Assembly (NCBI GenBank): GCA_034669905.1
Contig: JAXMOL010000085.1
Location: 1-16,208 of the forward strand
Direction of reading: 5' to 3'
DNA length: 16,208 bases
Origin: Candidatus Hydrogenedentota bacterium
GTDB taxonomy: Bacteria > Hydrogenedentota > Hydrogenedentia > Hydrogenedentales > JAEUWI01
Below the pieces are notes generated by a model, which made no database searches, was not told where the DNA came from, and saw nothing but the letters and a program-made list of their open reading frames with translations. Both the position numbers and the translations under genes were made by a program. Shown here piece after piece: positions 1 through 8,117 of the stretch; within the stretch, counting starts at the first letter, position 1, and every line of letters starts with the position of its first letter.

Positions 1-22
1 CAGTCCCCGGGACTGCACCGAC
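1..22. repeat. Another copy of the GGGACTGCACCGAC repeat, truncated by the window edge
   Basis: CAGTCCCCGGGACTGCACCGAC matches 16069-16091 except for one missing G; it lies 22 nt past the stop of the 45..4964 gene. Confidence 0.75.
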
Positions 23-44
23 GATTGCGTTTTTGCTGCTGGGT

Positions 45-3000
45 TTACGGCGTTGGTGTAGTCCCAAGGTGCCGTCGTGCTGCGAAGAGTCCACCGAGGA
101 GCAGGGCGATGAGCAGCAGATCGGTAAGCAATCCGCCCAAACCGTGTTTCGCGCCGGGGGCGCAGGAAACCCCTTCTTCTTTCACCGGTGCATCCGAGGG
201 CAGGAAGGCGGTAAAGACCGCTGTGCCTTTCGCCGAAGCCTGGATCGTGCTGCTATCGGACAACACGCCGGCCACGAAGGTCGCAGCCCACTCGGAATCT
301 GGTAGGGCCAGGTGGATATTCCCCGAGCCGTCATTGCTGACGTCCAGGGGATAGCTGCTCAGGGTGGTGCCCGTTGCCAGACCGGTCATGCCCGACAGCA
401 CCACAGATGCCGGTGCCGCAGCGAGTTCGGCATTGGAGGCGGGGCGGAAAGTTTGCCCGCCGTCGCCACTGATCAGCACGGTGAAGGTGAAATACGGCGC
501 GCCCGTAACGTGTCCGTCCGGGGCCTCGGGTAGGAAGCCGGTGTAGTCGGGTCCCAGAAGAGCGCCAAGATTGTTTGCCACCTGGACCAACACGATGCCC
601 TGCTCTCCGCAGTCCAGCAGACGGCGGGGGACGGTGACTTCCAGGCTTTCCATGGCGTTGGCCGGATTCGTCAGTTGGGCGGTCAGGACGCCCGTGTCGG
701 CCGCTTCGCAATTGCCAAACCAGGCAATCATCTCGCTCTTGCTGGGGCCGTTGGAATCGTTCGTTTCACCCATCCAGCGCTCGCCGTCGGCCGTGAGATT
801 GGCAAAGGGGCCGTCCAGCAGTCCATCGCCGTTTGCATCGGGTGCCGTACGCACGGAGAAGTCGCGGCTACTGGTCAGGGTGGCGCCCGTTTCCACGACC
901 CGGGCGGTTGCTACGACGGTGTAGTCACCCGGTGCGAAAACGAAGCTCGCAGGGAATCCGTTGGCGGCATCCCGTGAGGAGCCGGTGGTTCCGTCGATGG
1001 TGTAGGTCACCTCCAGGGTGCCATCGGCGCAGGGGGTATCACCAGCGGACGCACCGAAGTCGGCGGCCGCCCGGAGTGCCACGCTTTGTCCTGCCACGCC
1101 ATTGGGAATGACAATGTTTCCAGTAGGCATCAGGATTTCGAAATCCTGGAGGGGGCAGGTGGGCTGTTCGCCGCTGCAACCGGTACCTTGCACATCCACG
1201 ATGCGGGTCGTTGTTGCGGTGTTTCCACTGCTGTCTTCCGCCGTGTAGGTGATGGTATAGCTGCCGGCCAGGTTGGTGTTCAGCGCGATGTTCACGTCCG
1301 ACGTGACCGTTGGGTTGGGGTCACAGGCGTCGACTACCTCGGTGCCCGGATCGACAAAGGCAATACCGCAATCGATGATCATGGGGGAGGCCCCGAGGAG
1401 GATCAAGGTGGGCGCGGCTTCATCGACCACATGAACCGTACGGGTGGTGGAGCCCGTGCGGCCCGTGCTGTCGCTGGCGAAATATTCAATGGTATAGGTG
1501 CCGGGGGTCGTGGCGTCAAGGGTCGAACTCGTGCGCAGTTCGACCGGCCCTTCACATCCGTCTACCGCCGTGGCGCCGGGGTCGTCGAATGTTTCGCCGC
1601 AGCCTATCGTCATGGTGGCCTCGCCCAGAAGCGTGATAACCGGCGCGCTATCCCGCACCGTAACTACACGGGTCGTCGTGGTCGCATTTCCGATGGCGTC
1701 GGCTGCCCGGTAGGTAAGTACATATTGGCCGGGCAGGGTGGTATTTACGGTACCCGACACGGTGACAGTACGCTCTCCGGCACAGCTGTCGAGGGCCGTG
1801 GCACCGGGATCGGAGAAGGCGTCGCCACACACCACCGTCATGGCGGCGCCTCCGTTGAGCGTAATTACCGGGCCGGCGGTGTCCTCGATGACAACGGTGC
1901 GACTGACGAGGGCTACGTTACCCGCTCCATCCTGGGCCGTGTAGTTTCGGTTGTAGATGCCGGGGGTATTGACGTCGATCGTGTCGCCACTGGCTACAAT
2001 GCTCTGGGTTACATCACCGTCATGGTTGTCCAACGCCGTAGCGCCGGGGTCAACGAAAGGCTGTCCACATTCACTGCGCAGCAGATCGCCTCCGAGTAGG
2101 GTGATGACGGGGGGCGTCGTATCGCCTTCGCCTTCTCCCTCGCCTTCACCTTCACCTTCACCTTCGCCTTCACCTTCGCCTTCACCTTCGCCTTCACCTT
2201 CACCTTCACCTTCGCCTTCACCTTCACCTTCACCTTCACCTTCGCCTTCACCCTCACCGCCTTCGGCAAAGGGGAGGATATCGGGGATGACACTCACTTC
2301 TGTGGTGAAGCGGAAGGGGGGCAGATTCAGTTCCGACAGGTCTGACTCCGGTGGATAGGAATCGCCGTTGGGGAATTCCAATTCGATAAAGAACGCGGTC
2401 CACCCCTGTGCGGGTTCCGCGACGTTGCCGATGTAGATGCCATTACCCTGATCGGTCAGCACGGTACTGGTGTATTCCGCCTGGATGAAATTACGGGCGG
2501 TGGGGTTTGTGGATTGCCACAGCAGCACCCGGGTTGGGGTCGTCTCAGTCTGAACAATGAGGGCACCCGATTCGGTCTTCTGCCAGGTGAATTCGGGGCG
2601 GGGGGTGTTGAAGAGATAAGAACCGTAGTAGGCGCTGAAATCGGTGAAGGCTTCCTGGTTGAGGCTATGGCCGGCATTGGGCACATAGCGGAGATACTTG
2701 GGACCCACGAGTTCGTCAAAATAGAACTGGGACGAGTCGGGCAGGAAAAATTCGTCGCCCGCCGCGTTGATGATGTATTTGGGCATGGTATAGCGGTCGC
2801 GGTAGGAATAGGGGCCCACGATGTCGAGGAGATCCTGGAAGTCCTGGGTCTCAAACCAGTCGAAGATTTCCATATCGACATAGTCACTTACCGCATCGGC
2901 CCAGTCGCCATAGGCGGCGTAGTGGTGTTGAAAACTGGGCACGATATTGAGCAGATCGATGACGTGGGGCGCGATGGCCTTGATGCGGGGATCTACGGCG

Positions 3001-4964
3001 GCCACCGTCCAGGTGGTCCAGCCCCGTTTTGATTCACCGGCGGCCATAAAGCCCTGGACACTCGTGAACTCGGACTGGATGGTATCCATAGCGCGCACGA
3101 CGGCCTTGGTCATGGGCAGGCGGGGGAGCCAGAGGGGATCTTTGGTGCTGCGGTATTTATCCCAGGCATAGGCAATGAGCTCGTCTTCTTCCCGGCCGGT
3201 TTCCAGATAGCGCGGGTCCGTTTCGTCGGCAAACATCAATTCCTGATTGGGGATCATGCGCACTTCCGCAACCACCGAGAGGGTGCTCGCCGCGAGGGCG
3301 CCGAGGTCGGCGCTAATGGCGGCCGGTGCAGGGTCGTCGTTGTCCCGGCCCCCGATCCAGATGAGGGCATCATCGTGGAGGTGTTCATCGGGAACGGCCA
3401 CCATGAGCCAGTGCTGCCAGAGGGGGCGATCCACTTCAGTGGGGCTGCGCCAGGTCTGGGAGTTCATGGAGTAGACATAGGAGGTGTAGCCGTCTTCGTC
3501 GGTCTGGTGGAGGAGCTCATAGGAGTAATTGGGATCCGCCTGATTGACATAGGTGTCGAGGGCGGTCGGGTCGGTAATTTCTGCGCGGATGTTTCCATCC
3601 TTGAAGGGCAGCACATCGGGCACGATGCTGACTTCCGTGGTCATCTGAAAGGGGTAGGTGAGCCCGCTTTCAAACTCCAGTTCAATAAAAAAGGCGCTCC
3701 AGCCCTTGTCGGGTTCTGGCACGCTGCCCACGTAGACGCCGGGGCTTTCCGCGCTCAGGGTGCTGCTGGTCCAGACATTGCCGATGCTCTCCTGGCGGAA
3801 GTCCCGGGCGAGGGGGTTGGTGGCCTGCCAGAGGTGGACGGCGGAGGGGGTGCTTTCCGTTTCCACGCGGATACTGCCGTCTTCCTGGATGGTCCAGCTG
3901 AACTCCGGGCGACTCACGTCGTTGAGGTAGGCCTGAAAATAGGTGGAGAGATCCTGGAAGGTGTCGGGGCTGCTCATCCCGTGGTCGGTATTGGGTATGA
4001 ATCGGATGTGTTTTTCGCCTACCAGTTCACCAAAGTAGAACTGGGAAGAGTCCGGAAGAAAAAACTGGTCGCCCGTGGAGTTCATGATGAACTTGGGCAT
4101 GGTGAGCCGGTCACGATATACGAAGGGGTCCACCACATCAAGGACCTTGCGGAAGTCGTCGTCGTGGAGCTTGTCCATGAGGCCCATGTCGGCGTAGTCC
4201 TGAATCGAGAGGGACCAGTCGCCATAGGCATCGAAGTGATGCTGCATGCTGGCTTCGGTGTTGAGCACATCGATAACGATGGGGGCGATGGCTTCTACCC
4301 GCTCATCCACCGCTGCCGTGGTCCAGGTGGTCCAGCCCCGTTTGGAGGCCCCCGACACGAAGAAGCCCGTCGTTCCGTGTTCGGTCTCGGTCAGGTCCAT
4401 AGCGCGGACGACGGCCTTGGTCATGGGGAGCCGCGCAAGCCAGGTGGCGTCGTCGGTCTTTACATATTTGTCCCAGGTATAGGCGATGAGTTCGTCTTCC
4501 GTGCGTCCCTCTGCGACATAGCGGTAATCGGTTTCGTCGGAAAATCGAATGCGCTGATTGGGCACCATGCGGATTTCGACGACGACGGCCTGGGCACTTA
4601 CGGCCATGGCCGCGAAGGTGGCGTCCACACTGGCGGGGGCACTGCTCCCGTTTCGTCCGCCGTTGATAAACATCATGGCCTTATCATGGGTGCGGACGTC
4701 GGGTACGGCTACGCGGACCCAGTGTTGCCAGACGGGGCGGTCCACTTCGCTGGCATCCCGCCAGGTCTGGGAATTCATGGTGTAGACGTAGCCGGTGTAG
4801 CCGGTCCCCGTGGTGGTACTCAGCAGTTCATAGCTGAAGGTGGCATCGGGGGCATTGACGTAGTCATCCAGGGGCGTGGCCGTTGCGACGCCATGGCTGA
4901 AGACGAGGGCGAAAAGGGGTACCAGAAGGCCGAGGCCATACGGGCGGAATCGTGGAATATCCAT
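45..4964 (-). CDS. Secreted, C-terminally anchored surface protein: two tandem PqaA-family (PhoPQ-activated pathogenicity-related) alpha/beta hydrolase domains, (EG)22 linker, 4 DUF5011/HYR-like Ig repeats, conserved C-terminal region, TM tail (~1639 aa)
   Basis: ORF 45..4994; ATG at 4964 preferred (AAGGA at 4973-4977, then Sec signal peptide MDIPRFRPYGLGLLVPLFALVFSHGVATA). PqaA-type motifs occur twice: L(D)xYV, SQTW, WQHW, LPMTKAVVRAMD, G[AE]SKRGWTTW, GD[QE]FFLPDSS, PNxxH. Domains at ~3603-4877 and ~2268-3566; Ig repeats ~1190-2123; C-terminal hydrophobic helix followed by RR. Confidence 0.9.
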   Translation of the reverse strand: MDIPRFRPYGLGLLVPLFALVFSHGVATATPLDDYVNAPDATFSYELLSTTTGTGYTGYVYTMNSQTWRDASEVDRPVWQHWVRVAVPDVRTHDKAMMFINGGRNGSSAPASVDATFAAMAVSAQAVVVEIRMVPNQRIRFSDETDYRYVAEGRTEDELIAYTWDKYVKTDDATWLARLPMTKAVVRAMDLTETEHGTTGFFVSGASKRGWTTWTTAAVDERVEAIAPIVIDVLNTEASMQHHFDAYGDWSLSIQDYADMGLMDKLHDDDFRKVLDVVDPFVYRDRLTMPKFIMNSTGDQFFLPDSSQFYFGELVGEKHIRFIPNTDHGMSSPDTFQDLSTYFQAYLNDVSRPEFSWTIQEDGSIRVETESTPSAVHLWQATNPLARDFRQESIGNVWTSSTLSAESPGVYVGSVPEPDKGWSAFFIELEFESGLTYPFQMTTEVSIVPDVLPFKDGNIRAEITDPTALDTYVNQADPNYSYELLHQTDEDGYTSYVYSMNSQTWRSPTEVDRPLWQHWLMVAVPDEHLHDDALIWIGGRDNDDPAPAAISADLGALAASTLSVVAEVRMIPNQELMFADETDPRYLETGREEDELIAYAWDKYRSTKDPLWLPRLPMTKAVVRAMDTIQSEFTSVQGFMAAGESKRGWTTWTVAAVDPRIKAIAPHVIDLLNIVPSFQHHYAAYGDWADAVSDYVDMEIFDWFETQDFQDLLDIVGPYSYRDRYTMPKYIINAAGDEFFLPDSSQFYFDELVGPKYLRYVPNAGHSLNQEAFTDFSAYYGSYLFNTPRPEFTWQKTESGALIVQTETTPTRVLLWQSTNPTARNFIQAEYTSTVLTDQGNGIYIGNVAEPAQGWTAFFIELEFPNGDSYPPESDLSELNLPPFRFTTEVSVIPDILPFAEGGEGEGEGEGEGEGEGEGEGEGEGEGEGEGEGEGEGEGEGEGEGEGDTTPPVITLLGGDLLRSECGQPFVDPGATALDNHDGDVTQSIVASGDTIDVNTPGIYNRNYTAQDGAGNVALVSRTVVIEDTAGPVITLNGGAAMTVVCGDAFSDPGATALDSCAGERTVTVSGTVNTTLPGQYVLTYRAADAIGNATTTTRVVTVRDSAPVITLLGEATMTIGCGETFDDPGATAVDGCEGPVELRTSSTLDATTPGTYTIEYFASDSTGRTGSTTRTVHVVDEAAPTLILLGASPMIIDCGIAFVDPGTEVVDACDPNPTVTSDVNIALNTNLAGSYTITYTAEDSSGNTATTTRIVDVQGTGCSGEQPTCPLQDFEILMPTGNIVIPNGVAGQSVALRAAADFGASAGDTPCADGTLEVTYTIDGTTGSSRDAANGFPASFVFAPGDYTVVATARVVETGATLTSSRDFSVRTAPDANGDGLLDGPFANLTADGERWMGETNDSNGPSKSEMIAWFGNCEAADTGVLTAQLTNPANAMESLEVTVPRRLLDCGEQGIVLVQVANNLGALLGPDYTGFLPEAPDGHVTGAPYFTFTVLISGDGGQTFRPASNAELAAAPASVVLSGMTGLATGTTLSSYPLDVSNDGSGNIHLALPDSEWAATFVAGVLSDSSTIQASAKGTAVFTAFLPSDAPVKEEGVSCAPGAKHGLGGLLTDLLLIALLLGGLFAARRHLGTTPTP
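2124..2255 (-). repeat. Coding hexanucleotide repeat encoding (Glu-Gly)22 linker
   Basis: Tandem (ccttca/ccttcg)n on the + strand, 132 nt, between the second hydrolase domain and the Ig repeats. Confidence 0.95.
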
Positions 4965-5070
4965 GATACGGTTCCTTGCTTTGGTTCTACTCAACGGTAA
5001 GTAGGTGCTCTCCCACTACCATGTACCATACGTCAGATACCTGAAAGGTTCCTCCGTATCCAGGTCACTC

Positions 5071-5111
5071 AAAATAAAACGGCTCCCGTGCCACAAGGTG
5101 CCCGGGAGCCG
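5071..5111 (-). terminator. Intrinsic terminator between the two surface-protein paralogues
   Basis: Stem CGGCTCCCG (5080-5088) / CGGGAGCCG (5103-5111), followed on the minus strand by TTTTATTTT; about 40 nt after the stop at 5154. Confidence 0.8.
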
Positions 5112-5153
5112 ATATTCGTTCACTTCAGGTGGGTTACAAACCCGTCGTATGCG

Positions 5154-7730
5154 CTACCGGACTGACTGGGGGAAGCGTCGCCATCCCAGCAGGACGGCCA
5201 GCGCGGCCAGCAGGACCGCTACGTCCACATACAGCGAGGAGGAAGTTCCCCGACCCGGGGCACAACTCACGCCGGCTTCCTTGACCGGGTCGCCGCCGGT
5301 GAAGGGCGCGAAGAGGGAAAGGCTGATGGCTTCGCCGGATAAGGTCGAGCCTTCCAGACGCACGTTTTGGATGGCGGTTCCGGACCAGCTGCCGGTCCCG
5401 GCGATCAGGCTGAATCCGCCGCTACCTTCCGCCGAGACTTCGGTGGGGAAGTGCATGAAACGGGGCGTGTCGCCTTCTGCCGCCGAAATTCCGGAGAGGG
5501 CAAAGCGCACCGGATGGGCCACCAGGCGGCTGGTTGCGATGGGGCGGAAGGTCTGACCGCCGTCATCGGTAAAGGCAATGCTGATGTCAAAGAGGGCTGC
5601 ACCGTCGGCAATGCCCGCGGGCAATGCCGGCACTTTCCCGGCTTCGACTTCGGAGAGGATGTTGCCCAGATCCTGGCCCAGCGATACGGAAAGGATGGCC
5701 CGCTCACCGCAGGCGAGGAGGGCGCGGTCCACGCTGACGGTCAGGATTTGATTGGCGTTCTCCGGATTCTGGATACGCAGTTCCACCGCGCCGGTGGCGG
5801 TGCTATCACAGGCGCCGTCCCAGGCGACCATGGAATTCTGCCCATCGACACCGGCCGATTGGGTGGTGCTGGTCCAGCTATCGCCATCCACTGTCAGGGC
5901 GCTGAAGGGCTGGTCTACGAGACCATTGCTATCACTGTCATTGGCGGCAAGCACACTCAACGTGAATTCCTGGGTCAGGGATTCGCCCGACTCCAATACG
6001 GTCGCCGTAGCGGTAACCGCGTGCTCACCGGTGCCGAGGAAAAACACTTTGGCGTAGCCGTCGGCGGTACTCGAAGAGGACTGGCTCGTGCCGTCCACCG
6101 TGTAGGTGACCTGAATGGTGCCAGCGGTGCAGTCGGTGGTCGTGGGTACATCAACCAGGGACGAGAAGAGCACGCGGGACACGCCCGAGGCATTGGCGAC
6201 ACGGATGGTATCGTTCATGGGCTGGAGCACCGTAAAGGAAGCGGGGCTGCAGACGGGCGTGGTGGTCGTGCCACAGTCGCCGGAGACGACAACGGTCCGG
6301 GTAGCGGTGCCTTCGTTGCCGGCGGCATCGGTGGCGGTGTAGGTGACGGTGTAGCTTCCCGCTTCCGAGGTGTCGACGGCCGTCGCACTATCGGAGGTCG
6401 GGGCCGCAATATCGGTGCTGCAATTGTCCGTCGCGGCAGCGCCGGGGTCATTGAAGGGGGTGCCACAGGCCACCGTGAGGGTATTGCCGCCGATGAGGGT
6501 GATGGTGGGGGCCGTCGTGTCGGCTACAATGACTTCCCGGGTCGCACCGGAGACCCGGCCACCACTATCGGTAGCGGAATAGGCCACGGTGTAGGTGCCG
6601 GGTGTGCTGCTGTCTACATTGTTGGACAGGGTGGTCACGGCGCTGGTCATTCCATCGCAGGCATCCTGGGCGGTTACGCCGGGTTCGGAATAGGGCGTGC
6701 CGCAGGCGAGTGTAAGGGGGTTCTCACCGAGTAACGTAATCACTGGGCCCGCATTGTCTTCCACGGTCACCGTGCGGGTCGTCGTGGCGAAGAGGCCCGC
6801 ACCATCGGTTGCCCGGTAGTTCAGGGTGTAGGTACCCGGTGTAAGGATGTCCACGGTGCCCGAAACCGTGGCCGTAAGCGCACCGTCGCAGGCGTCGGTG
6901 GCCGTGGCCCCGAAATCGGTGAACGGCGTGCCACAGCCCAGGGTCATGGTCGTTGGGCCAACCAGTGTAATGGACGGGGGCGTGGTGTCGCGTACCGTCA
7001 CCGTACGAGAAACTTCCACGGCCTGGTTGTTATCGCTATCCACGACGTTGTAGTTGACCGTGTAGGTGCCCGCATTGCTGGCGTTTACATTGCTCGACGT
7101 GACAATCGCGCCCGTAAGGTCGCCGTCCATGTCGTCCATGGCGGTCGCACCCGCATCTTCGTAGGGCATGCCACATTCCAGGATGATACTGGCTTCACCC
7201 AGGAGGGTTATGACGGGCGTGCCAACCTCGCCCTCTCCTTCTCCCTCTCCTTCGCCTTCACCCTCTCCTTCACCCGCCATATCGATGCAGATGTCCGTGC
7301 TCACGTCAGCCCCGGCAATCTCGCCGTTGTCTTCGCGATAGAGGGGCATGCCGGAAATACGCTCGGCATCCACCTGATTGGCAGGGACGTTTAAGGTATA
7401 GGTAAAGGTGGCCGGAAAGTCGGGCAGGTTTAACCAGCCGAATTCCAGGCTTTCGGTGCTGCCTTCGGCAGAGGAAAAGTCGGGCGCGGCGCTGCCCCCC
7501 ACGGTTCCGAGCGACCACCCGGTTGGGATGGATTCCCGCATACCAAGGGCGGTCAAGGTAGGGGCGCACTCGCTGCTGATCGTTACGGAGATGGTGACGG
7601 TGCTGCCGGGAAGGGCACAGTCGGCTACGTTTCGCGAAAGGGAGACGCAGGGTTCCTGCGCGAAGGCGGTGAAAGGGAGGGCCATTGCCCCAATCACTGC
7701 AGCAATAAATCGACGACTTTTAATTCCCAT
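5154..7730 (-). CDS. Secreted, C-terminally anchored surface protein: cohesin/DUF11-like beta-rich head, (GE)8 linker, 4 DUF5011/HYR-like Ig repeats, conserved C-terminal region, TM tail (~858 aa)
   Basis: ATG at 7730 with GAGGT ~10 nt upstream and signal peptide MGIKSRRFIAAVIGAMALPFTAFA|Q. Four 'PxITLxG...xCG.P[FY].[DE].G.TA.D...G.YT..Y.A.D..G.....R.V.V' repeats. The C-terminal ~370 aa align by eye with those of the 45..4964 protein. Confidence 0.88.
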   Translation of the reverse strand: MGIKSRRFIAAVIGAMALPFTAFAQEPCVSLSRNVADCALPGSTVTISVTISSECAPTLTALGMRESIPTGWSLGTVGGSAAPDFSSAEGSTESLEFGWLNLPDFPATFTYTLNVPANQVDAERISGMPLYREDNGEIAGADVSTDICIDMAGEGEGEGEGEGEGEGEVGTPVITLLGEASIILECGMPYEDAGATAMDDMDGDLTGAIVTSSNVNASNAGTYTVNYNVVDSDNNQAVEVSRTVTVRDTTPPSITLVGPTTMTLGCGTPFTDFGATATDACDGALTATVSGTVDILTPGTYTLNYRATDGAGLFATTTRTVTVEDNAGPVITLLGENPLTLACGTPYSEPGVTAQDACDGMTSAVTTLSNNVDSSTPGTYTVAYSATDSGGRVSGATREVIVADTTAPTITLIGGNTLTVACGTPFNDPGAAATDNCSTDIAAPTSDSATAVDTSEAGSYTVTYTATDAAGNEGTATRTVVVSGDCGTTTTPVCSPASFTVLQPMNDTIRVANASGVSRVLFSSLVDVPTTTDCTAGTIQVTYTVDGTSQSSSSTADGYAKVFFLGTGEHAVTATATVLESGESLTQEFTLSVLAANDSDSNGLVDQPFSALTVDGDSWTSTTQSAGVDGQNSMVAWDGACDSTATGAVELRIQNPENANQILTVSVDRALLACGERAILSVSLGQDLGNILSEVEAGKVPALPAGIADGAALFDISIAFTDDGGQTFRPIATSRLVAHPVRFALSGISAAEGDTPRFMHFPTEVSAEGSGGFSLIAGTGSWSGTAIQNVRLEGSTLSGEAISLSLFAPFTGGDPVKEAGVSCAPGRGTSSSLYVDVAVLLAALAVLLGWRRFPQSVR
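7227..7274 (-). repeat. Coding repeat encoding (Gly-Glu)8 linker
   Basis: 48 nt low-complexity tract translating to GEGEGEGEGEGEGEGE, with mixed synonymous codons. Confidence 0.9.
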
Positions 7731-7803
7731 GGGGACGACTACCTCTGTTTGAATGCATACTACCTGTGCCCCACCAACAATGTAACTGCCAATAGAAGCC
7801 CTG

Positions 7804-7832
7804 ATTGTAAGTGGCGTAGTCGTGAATGTCAA
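7804..7832 (-). promoter_or_regulatory. Near-consensus sigma70 promoter for the 5154..7730 gene
   Basis: Minus strand TTGACA (7832-7827), 17 nt spacer, TACAAT (7809-7804), 73 nt upstream of the ATG, with an AT-rich segment upstream of the -35 box. Confidence 0.8.
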
Positions 7833-8117
7833 CGCATTTTACGGTTTTGCGATATTAATCCATACCACATAATGAGAATACTGAGATAGTGTTGGATTGA
7901 GGCCGGGCGTGCCATTTGCGGACTTGCAGCGCTCCATCTACCGCGCGGCACGATGGTCGGGTCGGGTTCGTTTGTGCGGAGGGAGTTTGGTTTGCTACCC
8001 ACCAATTGTCCTACATTAAACCACCGGCTCTATCGGTGAGCATTTATAAGGCGTTACCGTTCCTGTGTTGGTTGTTGGTCTTCATACACGGTGCGGTGTG
8101 TGCCATGTTCTTTTTTA

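Noticed and set aside
810..845. DANGDGLLD as a dockerin
   Set aside because: Only one DxDxDG-like loop, without the duplicated loop-helix of dockerins; treated as a single possible Ca-binding loop.
2009..2293. Alternative-frame (VK/AK)n ORF and the plus-strand (SP)n ORF at 1957..2358
   Set aside because: Other frames of the (EG)n hexamer repeat inside a continuous large CDS.
3375..5000. 541 aa plus-strand ORF, and similar long ORFs at 1086..2099, 5367..6734 and 10712..11746
   Set aside because: They lie antisense to well-supported genes, which is expected in GC-rich coding DNA, and show no recognisable motifs.
7731..7832. N-terminal extension from the TTG at 7832 in the ORF track
   Set aside because: That TTG is the start of the TTGACA -35 box; the ATG at 7730 has an SD and begins the signal peptide.
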